Below are positions 1 through 9,643 of a stretch of 50,175 nt of DNA, in pieces. Positions within the stretch are counted from its first letter, which is position 1; each line of letters opens with the position of its first letter. The notes under the pieces are model-generated. The model did no database searches. It saw only the letters and a program-made list of their open reading frames with translations, and was not told the DNA's origin. This stretch comes from Candidatus Helarchaeota archaeon (GTDB lineage Archaea; Asgardarchaeota; Lokiarchaeia; Helarchaeales; RDOG01): NCBI GenBank assembly GCA_029838215.1, contig JALGVI010000051.1:1-50175 (forward strand). The letters run 5' to 3'. The position numbers and the translations under genes are program-made.

Positions 1-103
1 ATTTTAGACATTTCCATTTTTTATGTAAAATTTTTGGATCAACATTTATAAAGCTAAACACCTTAATATAATTCAGAAGATTCATCAAAAATAAGGTCCT
101 GAC

Positions 104-529
104 ATGAGACAGATTAAATTACCTGGAACGCTTTCCCTTGAGGAAGAAGATTTTCAAACCCTGTCAAGAAAAGGATTTATCATTGAAAGCATCATCGTGG
201 ATGCATTATTCAATGAGAACGTGGAAAATGCACTGGATCTTGATGGACTCCTTCAAGAATACTTTAAGTTGGATCTTACGGTTCGGAAACTCATGAAATA
301 TACCAAAACCGAACTCTTGGAATATAAGATCCTCAAAATATTGGAGTCAAATGGGGGTGTAATTCGTCTCAAGGACCTCACGAATGCATTGGATTATGTC
401 CGTGCGAGCATCCATCAAGCACTGAAAACTCTTCGAGAAAAGAAATTTCTTTTAAAGGTAGATAAGGGTTCGTATGTTTTAACAGATGAAGGACGGACAT
501 ATTTAGAACAGAAAATTAATGAATCGTGA
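104..529 (+). CDS. Winged helix-turn-helix protein, putative transcriptional regulator
   Basis: C-terminal half (ILKILESNGGVIRLKDLTNALDYVRASIHQALKTLREKKFLLKVDKGSYVLTDEG) has wHTH spacing with a wing hairpin; directly upstream of fae-hps. Confidence 0.7.
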   Translation: MRQIKLPGTLSLEEEDFQTLSRKGFIIESIIVDALFNENVENALDLDGLLQEYFKLDLTVRKLMKYTKTELLEYKILKILESNGGVIRLKDLTNALDYVRASIHQALKTLREKKFLLKVDKGSYVLTDEGRTYLEQKINES

Positions 530-571
530 AATATTTTTGATGAAAAACTAAGTAAACCGAAGGAAAGAAAA

Positions 572-1819
572 ATGGTAGGACCAGTATTTGAAATTGGTGA
601 AGCATTACTCGGATCGGGTGATGAAGTTGCCCACATCGATCTAATGATCGGTAGCCGAGACGGACCTGTAGGAATTGCCTTTGCGAATGCCCTATCCCAA
701 TTATCTGCAGGACACACTCCTCTATTAGCCGTCATCAGACCCAACCTCCCGCCCAAACCTTATACGCTCATCATTCCGAAGGTAACCGCCGTGAAAACCG
801 GGGAAGGCGTGTCAAAGATATTCGGCGTTGGACAAGCCGCCGTGGCAAAAGCTATTGCAGATGCGGTTGAAGAAGGCGTGATTCCTCAAGATAAGTGCGA
901 TGAATGGGTCATTATTTGCAGCGTATTCATTTCACCTGCTGCAAAAAATGATCGAAAGCTCTATCATTATAATTATGGTGCAACCAAACTAGCGTTAAAA
1001 CGTGCCATGGATAAATATCCCCCAATCGAGAAAATTCTATACGACAAAGACAGGGCCAAGCATCCCATCATGGGTTTCAAGGTACCACGTCTTTGGCGCC
1101 CCCCGTACTTGCAGATTGCACTCGATAATCCCAACATTAACGCTGCAAAACGCGTGATAAAGAATATGGCACAATCCGACCGTATCATTCTTGAAGCGGG
1201 CACGCCATTAGTCAAGCGATACGGTGTTAGCGTAATCGGTCAGCTTCGGGAAATTGCCAGAGATCAATTCATCATTGCTGATCTTAAAACTTTAGATGTT
1301 GGCAAGGTTGAAGTCGACATGGCATATGAAGAAACCGCAGATGCCGTCGTTGCATCGGGTCTGGCAGCCAAAAAATCTCTGGACAACTTCATCTATGAAA
1401 GCCATCGAGTCGGAATTTATAGCATGGTTGACATGATGGAAGTTTCTGATCCCCTGAAAAAATTGGAAGAACTCAAGGAATTGCCCGATGTTGTCATCCT
1501 ACACAAGGGTATAGACACCGAAGCATCAGATTCGCAATTTGCAGAAGGCTCGGGTGAACTGAGCCTTAATACACGAGCCGGGCTTACAAAAGCATTGAAG
1601 GAAAAATATCCAAAATTGCTCGTGTCTGTTGCAGGTGGTATCCGACCTGAAACTGCCGTGGAAGCACTTAAAAACGGGGCTGATATTCTCATCGTGGGAC
1701 GATACATAACGCAATCAAAAGACGTGGAACGATCTACCCGTGAATTCGTTCAACTACTTGCACGAACCGTTCCTGAAGCTCCTGGCGATATTGATCTATT
1801 TCGCGTCCACGAAGAATGA
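572..1819 (+). CDS. fae-hps: Bifunctional formaldehyde-activating enzyme / 3-hexulose-6-phosphate synthase
   Basis: N-term Fae (IGEALLGSGDEVAHIDLMIG, GHTPLLAVIRPNL); C-term HPS/OMPDC barrel (LQIALD, ILEAGTPLVK, ADLKTLDVG, VAGGI, IVGRYIT). Confidence 0.95.
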   Translation: MVGPVFEIGEALLGSGDEVAHIDLMIGSRDGPVGIAFANALSQLSAGHTPLLAVIRPNLPPKPYTLIIPKVTAVKTGEGVSKIFGVGQAAVAKAIADAVEEGVIPQDKCDEWVIICSVFISPAAKNDRKLYHYNYGATKLALKRAMDKYPPIEKILYDKDRAKHPIMGFKVPRLWRPPYLQIALDNPNINAAKRVIKNMAQSDRIILEAGTPLVKRYGVSVIGQLREIARDQFIIADLKTLDVGKVEVDMAYEETADAVVASGLAAKKSLDNFIYESHRVGIYSMVDMMEVSDPLKKLEELKELPDVVILHKGIDTEASDSQFAEGSGELSLNTRAGLTKALKEKYPKLLVSVAGGIRPETAVEALKNGADILIVGRYITQSKDVERSTREFVQLLARTVPEAPGDIDLFRVHEE

Positions 1820-1828
1820 TTCTTCCCC

Positions 1829-1841
1829 TTTTCTTTTTTTT
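1829..1841 (+). terminator. Oligo-T tract, candidate archaeal terminator after fae-hps
   Basis: ttttcttttttt run about 10 nt after the stop codon. Confidence 0.4.
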
Positions 1842-1874
1842 CGATATTTAACTAAAATAAATGTGTGAAAAAGA

Positions 1875-2423
1875 ATGATTCTTCCAGATCACGAAATATT
1901 GGACCTCATCCAGAAAAAAGAAATCATCATCGACCCTTTTGATAAAAATTCAGTTGGACCATGTTCTGTTGATCTACATCTGGATAGCGTTTTTAGCATG
2001 TTCCGAATGGGTATCGTTGTTGACTCAAAAAAGAAAGAATCCTCCTTAGAAAAGAACATTGAAACGCTTAATACTGAAGGAGCTCCATTCATCATTGCAC
2101 CGAATCAATTTGTTTTAGCCAAAACCATTGAAGCGATAGCAATTCCAAAACACTTGGTCGCTACACTAGAAGGATTGTCATCTGTCGCTCGAGTGGGAAT
2201 CATGGTGCATGCTGCAGGACTTGTAAATCCTGGAACTGGTATTAAAAAGCCCAGCACGCTTACATTGGAAATATCCTGTCACAATTCTTCTCCAGTCATT
2301 CTCCATCCAAAGCAGAAGATAGTTCAAATAATCTTTCATCAACTAAATAGCCCTGCACGAATCGGATATGACGAGCGCCCCGGATCAAAATACGTGGGAC
2401 AACAAGACCGAATTCTGATATGA
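1875..2423 (+). CDS. dcd: dCTP deaminase
   Basis: GPCSVDLHL, AKTIEAIAIP, EGLSSVARVGI, TLEI, KIVQIIF, Y..RPGSKYVGQ motifs of the trimeric dUTPase/dCTP deaminase fold. Confidence 0.85.
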   Translation: MILPDHEILDLIQKKEIIIDPFDKNSVGPCSVDLHLDSVFSMFRMGIVVDSKKKESSLEKNIETLNTEGAPFIIAPNQFVLAKTIEAIAIPKHLVATLEGLSSVARVGIMVHAAGLVNPGTGIKKPSTLTLEISCHNSSPVILHPKQKIVQIIFHQLNSPARIGYDERPGSKYVGQQDRILI

Positions 2424-2437
2424 AGAATGGAACCGAC

Positions 2438-2857
2438 CTAATCTCCGGTAAGGGTCACTATAAGCTCTCGACTTCGCCCTCGCGTGTCTAACTCGAGAAA
2501 GGCGATTTGCTGCCAAGTCCCGTGCACCAATCTTCCGTTCCTAATTGGAAGCGTGATGTCAGGACCAATTAAGGAAGCTCGAACGTGCGAACGTCCGTTA
2601 TCATCGTGCCAAGTTTCATGATGAGCATAATATAGGTCTTTGGGTGATATTCGTTCTAATAAATCTGGAAAATCCTTTTTTAAACCCGGTTCATACTCTA
2701 TTGCTATTAAAGCACCCGTTGCCCCTGCAACGAACACGTGACATATTCCTGCGTTCAATTTCGATCTGCTCACGATTGATTCAAGCTCGTCGGTTATGTT
2801 TATCATGTCCAATTCTTTTTTGGAGTGAATTGAAATCGTATCGGTTATCGTGACCAT
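2438..2857 (-). CDS. yjbQ: YjbQ/UPF0047 family protein
   Basis: GATGALIAIEYEPGL, HH..WHDDNGRSHVRASLIG, GTWQQIAFLELD. Confidence 0.9.
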   Translation of the reverse strand: MVTITDTISIHSKKELDMINITDELESIVSRSKLNAGICHVFVAGATGALIAIEYEPGLKKDFPDLLERISPKDLYYAHHETWHDDNGRSHVRASLIGPDITLPIRNGRLVHGTWQQIAFLELDTRGRSRELIVTLTGD

Positions 2858-2872
2858 TTTAATTCCCTCATG

Positions 2873-3874
2873 TTAATCAAATAACTTCTTCGCTAATTCC
2901 CGAAGGCTATCAACGCCACGGATCTCATCATTAAAAAGAGGTACTTCAATCAAGTTAAAATCATCATATATGTCTCTGATTTCTTCAAGATGTCGTTGTT
3001 GCATTGCTCGGCGAGATTTACAGAAATTACAATCCAATACCTCGGGAAAGAGCTGATTCACGATTATTGTATTAACGGGAATTTCATATTCGTAAAGAGC
3101 TTGCAGGAGTCTTTCTGTCTCATAGATCGCCATCGCTTCCGAAATCATGACAATTACGAAAGCCGTTTTTTCGGGTGAACTTAACTCTTTTCCCGCTTCT
3201 TCAATTGTTCTTTGTAACTCTTGCATCTGATCAATGGTGGCGATTTCATCGGCTTCACCACGTTTAAAGAGAGTCTTGAATTTTCCCCAAATCTTACTCA
3301 TTTGCAACCGAACCTTAATGATCTTGCCAAAAAAACTGTTCAGGAGATCTGGCAAGCCGAGTAATCGAAGTGTGTGACCAGTTGGAGCCGTATCAAAAAT
3401 GACCAAGTCATGTTCGGCTTTTTGAACGAACTCCAAGACCTTTGCAAAGGCCAAAGTCTCATCTGAACCAGGGGGTGTCATGTCTGTAATGTCTTCAAAA
3501 CCCTCCATCATTGGAGCCAGCTCGCTCGGAATTTGTTGCGAGCTTTCCTGCATCGCTTTTTGATATTCCGCATATTCTTTTGCAGGATTTATTTCAAGCC
3601 CAAACAAGTTCTCGAAACCCTTTATATGGACCACTTCACCACCGCTCAAGTCTTGATCAAAACTATCACTAAGCGAATGTGCAGGGTCCGTAGAGAGAAT
3701 GAGAATCTTCTTTTCAGGATGAGTTTCTGCAACCCATATCGCTGTAGCCGCACTGCAAGAAGTCTTTCCGACTCCTCCTTTACCACCGAACAGGAGAAAC
3801 CGCAAATTTTCCTGCTCTTCAAATAATCTCTTGAGAGACATGAACATCAACAACAACTTGACATCTGGAATCAT
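2873..3874 (-). CDS. ArsA/GET3(TRC40) family ATPase (true start may be 3847 or 3841)
   Basis: GGKGGVGKT P-loop, STDPAHSLSD, DTAPTGHTLRLL, C-terminal CNFC. Confidence 0.92.
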   Translation of the reverse strand: MIPDVKLLLMFMSLKRLFEEQENLRFLLFGGKGGVGKTSCSAATAIWVAETHPEKKILILSTDPAHSLSDSFDQDLSGGEVVHIKGFENLFGLEINPAKEYAEYQKAMQESSQQIPSELAPMMEGFEDITDMTPPGSDETLAFAKVLEFVQKAEHDLVIFDTAPTGHTLRLLGLPDLLNSFFGKIIKVRLQMSKIWGKFKTLFKRGEADEIATIDQMQELQRTIEEAGKELSSPEKTAFVIVMISEAMAIYETERLLQALYEYEIPVNTIIVNQLFPEVLDCNFCKSRRAMQQRHLEEIRDIYDDFNLIEVPLFNDEIRGVDSLRELAKKLFD

Positions 3875-4476
3875 TCAATTTCTTACTTCCTGAAATACGG
3901 CAATTTTTCTTTTAAAATTTCGCCATTCTATCCAGCAAGAATTTCAAATGACGGATTTTTCGCAAATTTCCTCTTGACTCGAGGCTTTAGCAAGAAATTA
4001 ACAACTTGTTACAAATATAAATCAAAAAAATAAAAAATCGGACTAATTTTTTCAGCTTTTTTTACTTAAAAATTATAAATTTTTTATCTTTTTCAGCCAT
4101 AGATCCTAGTAAAGAAACAGAATGGGGTTGTAGACTTGATAAATAAGAATGAGAAAGTGCGAATATTAATGAACGTATTGGACTGGCAAGTACAATATGA
4201 ATTCCTGAAGAAAAATGGAATTCCACTCCGAAATTTCAACTTTGAAAATAAGTACCATGCAGAACAAAACGAAATTTTCAAAAAAACTCTTCAAAACGCC
4301 TGATAAACACGAATCGCATTTCTTGCCACTTGAATACAAATCTTCATTATTTCTTTATTTGGTTGATTTTCTTAACGGATAATTTATTTTAAGTTAGTTC
4401 TCATTAACGTGATTATTCAAGATGCTTATTTACAATAATCTTGTTTCGTGCATGAAACGATTATGGTGTTGGCACG

Positions 4477-5700
4477 TTGGAAGAAGGGATTCAAAGCAAA
4501 TTTCGCAGGATACGTTCAATAGATCTCTTTAGGGGATTTGCCATGACCATGCTGCTATGGTCGCATACTATTTGGTCATTGTCGTATGAAATGGTTCATG
4601 CCGAGGTATATTTCATCATAATCCTGACGGATTGGTTTGCGGTACTGGCGGCTCCGATCTTTTTCGTGACCGTGGGTATCGTCGTGCCGATTTCCGTTGA
4701 AAAACGTCGAAAGAAGAAATATTCTGAAATTTCTCTTTTTTGGCATGAAGTGAAACGATTTCTATTTTTGGCAGGCATTGGCATTCTATATAACTTCACG
4801 CTAGCACCGTGGATTTTTAACCCTCTACTCAACCAACCCCTAGAAATATTTCTAAATATTTGGCAGTGCATCTTAGATTGGAGTCTTCTTCATTCCATTG
4901 GTCTTTTCGTGATCATTTGCTATCTACTGACGAAAATCTCTCCAAAATACAAGGTCATCACGTTAATTGGACTGTGTATCGGTTCCTTGTTTTTTAGTCA
5001 CGTTCTTCCTTTGATGAATTCGTTCATTTTTCACGTCCCTTTTAATAGCTATAACATGTTTGAAAATCTTTGGTTTCTTCGTGATTTCATCAATTATCGC
5101 ATTCTAATCTTGCAAGGAAATCCACTTCTCATCGTCGGTGCATCTATTGCATCCATTGTTTATCTGGGTCACGTTCCCATCTTTCCGTGGTTGATATTCT
5201 GCGTTATCGGAACATTTGTTGGAGACCTCATCCTTGAGTTACAAAAGACCAAAAATCAGGATGATTTTAAGAAAAAAATCTATCGAATGTCCATCATTTT
5301 AATATGCGCGGGATTCCAAATTGAACCGGTAACATGGTTTTGGAGCCCGTTTTTCATTGAACCTTTGTTTTATACGTTCACGATGACTGGTTGCGTGCTA
5401 CTGATTTTTTATGTTCTGGTGTGGTATGAAGACATTAAAAACCTGCATTCCTCAATTTTTGGCTGGATCCGAAACGTCGGACGGCTTCCATTGACTTTCA
5501 TCCTCATGCATACGAACATCATTCTCATGCTTTTCAAATTCTTAGACCTTTTTCTGGGAATTCCGATTTGGAACCAACTTACATTCCCGTATTTCCTCCT
5601 TCCAACCGCTGGAATTCTAATGATGTTTTTCTTACTCGCTTGGTATTGGCAAAAATACGATTTTAAATACAGCATCGAATGGTTTCAGACTCTTCTCTAA
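4477..5700 (+). CDS. Multi-pass membrane acyltransferase-like protein, DUF1624/HGSNAT-like, paralog 1
   Basis: RIRSIDLFRGFAM N-terminal motif, many hydrophobic segments, W-SLLHSIG and IFPW motifs; TTG start. Confidence 0.75.
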   Translation: MEEGIQSKFRRIRSIDLFRGFAMTMLLWSHTIWSLSYEMVHAEVYFIIILTDWFAVLAAPIFFVTVGIVVPISVEKRRKKKYSEISLFWHEVKRFLFLAGIGILYNFTLAPWIFNPLLNQPLEIFLNIWQCILDWSLLHSIGLFVIICYLLTKISPKYKVITLIGLCIGSLFFSHVLPLMNSFIFHVPFNSYNMFENLWFLRDFINYRILILQGNPLLIVGASIASIVYLGHVPIFPWLIFCVIGTFVGDLILELQKTKNQDDFKKKIYRMSIILICAGFQIEPVTWFWSPFFIEPLFYTFTMTGCVLLIFYVLVWYEDIKNLHSSIFGWIRNVGRLPLTFILMHTNIILMLFKFLDLFLGIPIWNQLTFPYFLLPTAGILMMFFLLAWYWQKYDFKYSIEWFQTLL

Positions 5701-5760
5701 TGCTCCAAAAATGAGATGAAAGGAAAATTCTTTATGTATCCGATAACATAAAAAAAGTAG

Positions 5761-6222
5761 TATCGGATATTTTGCGAAGTACACGCCCTATTCGAATACA
5801 TCCACCCTTTCGTGGAAGGAAATGGACGGACAGGCAGGATCTTATTGAATTTAATGCTGATGCAACGGGGATTCCTTCCCGTGACAATTCAGAATGATGA
5901 GCGAAACGCTTACATGAGAGCATTAAATAGTGCCGATCACGGAAATTTAGATCCATTAGAAACGCTTCTCTTGAAATGTGAAGAAAGAACCCTAGATTTC
6001 TATCTGGAAGCTCTTACACCAAATTATAAGCCACCTAAATATCAAAAATTGTCCGAACTTGCAAAGTACTTCTCATTTTTCCCTGATTATATCAGGTTAT
6101 TAATCAGACAAGGAAAGATACACGGGAAAAAAGTCGGAAAGACGTGGTTCACAACAAAAAAAGCCATCCAATCATATATAGATTCGGTCAAGAAAAAAGG
6201 AACCTCAAAGCAACAAGATTGA
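5761..6222 (+). pseudogene. 5'-truncated Fic-domain protein with C-terminal HTH (excisionase-like) domain
   Basis: In frame upstream of the listed ORF lies FEYIHPFVEGNGRTGR (complete Fic motif), but in-frame TAG (5758-5760) and a TAA just upstream remove the N-terminus; C-term LSELAKYF..PDYIRLLIRQGKIHGKKVGKTWFTT is HTH_17-like. Confidence 0.8.
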
Positions 6223-6278
6223 TCAAAATTTTATTAAAAAAAGATGTTTTTTAATTAACGTACCATTAATAACTTGGT

Positions 6279-7520
6279 TTGGTATCGAACGTGGAAGCTG
6301 AAGAAGGAAAAATTCGAAGGATCCAATCCGCAGACCTTTTCAGAGGCATTGCGGTCGTTGTCATGATCTGGGCTCATACACTATGGTATTTTTCATATGA
6401 ATTCAGGATTTATTTTATTCCCACGTCAATTATTATTCTTATATTTACTGATACAATTGCAATTATTGGTTCGCCTTTTTTCTTTCTCGGTATTGGTATT
6501 GCGATTACTTTTTCCGTGGAAAAACGTCGTAGAAAAGGTCAAGACGAAAAGGGCATATTTTTTCATCAGTTCTCACGCGGATTATTTTTAATTGGCGTGG
6601 GTTACCTTTTCACTTATACCTTAAAACCATGGCTTTACCTTCTCTATTGGAATGATCCTATTTATCTATGGGCACGTTTATTCAATGGATTATTTTACTG
6701 GAGTATTTTTCATTCCATCGGGTTATTCATCATCTTCTGCTATGCCATTTCATACTTATCCCGCAGGAATAAGATTATCGTGCTTATTGGTCTTTTAGCT
6801 GGGACTTATTTCATCAGTCATGGATTACCATTTTTAGCAACACTCCTGTTTCACGTTCCGTATCAAAGCCTCAACATGTTTTTCAATTTTTGGTTGATCC
6901 AAAATCACGTGGACCTCTCGGCGTTATTTCTGCAGGGTAATTGGTTTCTTATCGTGGGTGGGTTTCTGGCTACGATCGCTTATTTGGGTCACATTCCCAT
7001 TTTTCCATGGCTTTCTTTCTGCGTTATTGGATTAATTCTGGGAGAAGTCATATTAAATGCACATAAGAGCGGTGATCTTAAAAAATTGAAGAAAAGTATC
7101 AACGGAATGGGCTTGATATTCATCGGTTTGGGTACCTGTGTCTTATTAATCACTTGGATTTGGAGTCCTTTTTTCTTAGATCCCGTGTTTTATACGTTGA
7201 TTTCCGTGGGATTCAATCTATTCATATTTTATTTTTGCGTGTGGGTTGAAGACATTCAAAAAACAAGTGCAAGATTCTTTAGATGGATAAAAAATACCGC
7301 ACCTCTTTCGTTAACTTTAGTATTGCTACACAATAACGTGGCACTAAATATTTTCATGTTCATTAATGATGTATTGAGGGTTCCGCTCCATCAACAGTTT
7401 CCCTTTCCATTATTTCTCATACCGACTGCCACGGTCACTTGTTTATTTATCCTTCTTGCTCAATTTTGGAAAAAATACGAGAATCGATATTCCTTAGAAT
7501 GGATTCAATCAAAGCTTTAA
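6279..7520 (+). CDS. Multi-pass membrane acyltransferase-like protein, DUF1624/HGSNAT-like, paralog 2
   Basis: RRIQSADLFRGIA; shares SVEKRR, HSIGLF, YLGH.PIFPW, WSPFF..P.FYT and YS.EW.Q blocks with 4477..5700. Confidence 0.75.
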   Translation: MVSNVEAEEGKIRRIQSADLFRGIAVVVMIWAHTLWYFSYEFRIYFIPTSIIILIFTDTIAIIGSPFFFLGIGIAITFSVEKRRRKGQDEKGIFFHQFSRGLFLIGVGYLFTYTLKPWLYLLYWNDPIYLWARLFNGLFYWSIFHSIGLFIIFCYAISYLSRRNKIIVLIGLLAGTYFISHGLPFLATLLFHVPYQSLNMFFNFWLIQNHVDLSALFLQGNWFLIVGGFLATIAYLGHIPIFPWLSFCVIGLILGEVILNAHKSGDLKKLKKSINGMGLIFIGLGTCVLLITWIWSPFFLDPVFYTLISVGFNLFIFYFCVWVEDIQKTSARFFRWIKNTAPLSLTLVLLHNNVALNIFMFINDVLRVPLHQQFPFPLFLIPTATVTCLFILLAQFWKKYENRYSLEWIQSKL

Positions 7521-7524
7521 ACCA

Positions 7525-8562
7525 TTAGTAACGGCCGTATTTCATACCAAATTCGACCATTGCCTTAATTTTTTCTAATGGAACATCATGGGGGAACGAA
7601 TGTTGGTTCATCAGCACGTATCGGGATTTGGTCAATCCTTCCGTTCCAGATAAAATGGACTCTTTTACCGCTTCCTCAATTCTTGCAAGTGTCCAATCAA
7701 CAAATTCGATATTATTCAGGTTACCAAATAATGTTATTTTCTCTTTAGATAATCTCTTGCATTCCGAAAGGTCGTCATCACTGCTTAGCGTGATTCCAAT
7801 GATGCCTGTTTGAGTGATATCTTCCACCACAGGTTGGAATGTTCCTCCTGCACCGCCCAATATAATGGGTGCTTTAATACTCGTTGCTAACTTCTTGTAA
7901 ACTGGGACAACCATGTCTTGAAAGACATCTGGCGGAAGAATTGTTGTTGAGACCATCCCATCAATCAACACGAGTAGGTCCACGCCCAATTCTATTTGAA
8001 TATTTGCCCATTCAATTGTAAATGGGATGATCTTATCGAGCACTTGCTTGAAGAGCTTGGGTTCTACTAATAATGTCTCCAACCAATGCATTGCATCGAA
8101 AAAGAATGTCGGGAGTGAGAACGGACCTGAAAGAGCTCCCACTATCGGAACTGTTCCCTTTAATGAACTTTTTGCAAAAAGTTGAATCGCTTTGCGGGGC
8201 TCATCGAATGCAGGGGAATCATTAATTGATGGTGTCTCATGAGATAATACATCCTTTGGCTCTTTAAAAGCGAATTTTTCAAGATTTGGAGAACCATCGG
8301 AAAAAAATAAAGCCGTTGCTCCCCACGGTTCTGCATCTTTAACTAAATAAAAAAAAGCCAGCACGAAATCGTGTCCCAATATGGCTCGAAGTTTCTGTTG
8401 TCCTTGAAAAATGTATTCGCCATTCTTGTAGAGCTCGGGCAATGAGATATTAAGAACATCTGCGGATTTGCTTGTCGTGAGTGGAAAGATGGGCACGCGA
8501 TCAGGCAGACCTCCCTTTACTGTTGTCAAAACGCGTTCGAGAGGACTCATCGAATCTGTCAT
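7525..8562 (-). CDS. Uroporphyrinogen decarboxylase / MtaA-CmuA methyltransferase family protein
   Basis: MSPLERVLTT..G..PDRVP, GPFSLP, LFGNLN, VPLEKIKAMVE..KYGRY signature; follows a corrinoid protein. Confidence 0.85.
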   Translation of the reverse strand: MTDSMSPLERVLTTVKGGLPDRVPIFPLTTSKSADVLNISLPELYKNGEYIFQGQQKLRAILGHDFVLAFFYLVKDAEPWGATALFFSDGSPNLEKFAFKEPKDVLSHETPSINDSPAFDEPRKAIQLFAKSSLKGTVPIVGALSGPFSLPTFFFDAMHWLETLLVEPKLFKQVLDKIIPFTIEWANIQIELGVDLLVLIDGMVSTTILPPDVFQDMVVPVYKKLATSIKAPIILGGAGGTFQPVVEDITQTGIIGITLSSDDDLSECKRLSKEKITLFGNLNNIEFVDWTLARIEEAVKESILSGTEGLTKSRYVLMNQHSFPHDVPLEKIKAMVEFGMKYGRY

Positions 8563-8576
8563 GTTTGATAGATTTT

Positions 8577-9248
8577 TTATTGTGAAACATCCCCCTTAAT
8601 AAGTATATTTAGTGCACCCACGGCAGAATCTGATGTAAAATCGGCATTAATCTTTTTATATAAATCAGGATAGAATCTGAATGGAGCCCCACCAACCACG
8701 ACCTTAATATCAGTTAAATTCTTGGCTTCAAGTTCGTCAACGATCTTTTTAATACCTAAAGCCGTGTTATACATCATCGCACTTACATAAATCCACTTTG
8801 CTCCTTCTTTTCGTGCAATTTTGACGAATTCTGAAGCTGTCACACCTACTCCAAGATCAATTACTTCAAATCCGTGAGCCTGTAAGAAAACCTTGACTAT
8901 CTCCTTGCCCAAGGCATGATGATCTTGAAAAATATTACCAATAATTACTTTATTCTTGCTTATTCTATCCGTGCCATTCTGAAGTGCCGATTTCTCGAGC
9001 TCGGGTTTCAGGAGCTTAAGGGCATCTTCAGCAATTTTTGTAGCCGCAAGTATTTGAAAAGCGGAAATTTGTTTGTACCCTTCTTCCTCAAATGATTGTA
9101 AATTGTCTAAAGTTTTTCCAATCACGTTTATCAGGATTTCTCGGGGAGGAACTTTATTTAGTCCTTTTCTTATGGCATCAAGAGCCTCTTTATACTTTCT
9201 AGACCTTGTAAGATTGAAAAACTCTTCATATAATCTATTAACTTCCAT
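8577..9248 (-). CDS. Corrinoid (B12-binding) protein, MtaC-like
   Basis: DHHALG fits DxHxxG; GFEVIDLGV, SAMM, VVGGAP; N-terminal helical cap; ATG at 9248 with GGGAG RBS preferred over TTG 9299. Confidence 0.9.
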   Translation of the reverse strand: MEVNRLYEEFFNLTRSRKYKEALDAIRKGLNKVPPREILINVIGKTLDNLQSFEEEGYKQISAFQILAATKIAEDALKLLKPELEKSALQNGTDRISKNKVIIGNIFQDHHALGKEIVKVFLQAHGFEVIDLGVGVTASEFVKIARKEGAKWIYVSAMMYNTALGIKKIVDELEAKNLTDIKVVVGGAPFRFYPDLYKKINADFTSDSAVGALNILIKGDVSQ

Positions 9249-9277
9249 TTTTTTTCTCCCAATAATGCTTCTATAAT

Positions 9278-9631
9278 CTAATCTGTAATGAAATTCCAAA
9301 TTGCCTTGACTTTTTCTTCTATGAGTGAATCGCTTGGAAGAAGATCCGGTGAAAACTTGATCAAGATGCTTTGTTTACCATTAAGATAAAGTCTTAGTGT
9401 TCCTGTTTCTCCTTTAATATCCAATTCGTCTAATCCCAAGTCAAAGCCTATATCTGATCTGGCTTTATTAATAGCTTTAAAGATTCTTTTCAATCGTCCG
9501 CTTTCGCTAAAATCGTGATACTTGACTTCAATTCCGTCATAAATGGCTAAACCTTCTACTTCAAGTAAATCCCTGATTGATTCTACTGCTTCCTCAAAAT
9601 TGTTGACAATACTCATGAAAATCGATCTCAC
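9278..9631 (-). CDS. Small roadblock/profilin-like alpha-beta protein
   Basis: About 115 aa; helix-strand(GLAIYDG)-helix-three strands(LDELDIKGETGTLRLYLNGKQSILIKF)-helix pattern. Confidence 0.5.
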   Translation of the reverse strand: MRSIFMSIVNNFEEAVESIRDLLEVEGLAIYDGIEVKYHDFSESGRLKRIFKAINKARSDIGFDLGLDELDIKGETGTLRLYLNGKQSILIKFSPDLLPSDSLIEEKVKAIWNFITD

Positions 9632-9643
9632 TGATTAATTTTT

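Noticed and set aside
2873-3874. Arsenic resistance operon
   Set aside because: No arsR, arsB/acr3, arsC or arsD nearby
5716-5760. Pyrrolysine or selenocysteine read-through rescuing the Fic gene or the 23561 TAG
   Set aside because: A TAA is also in frame, the N-terminal domain is missing regardless, and other decay is evident
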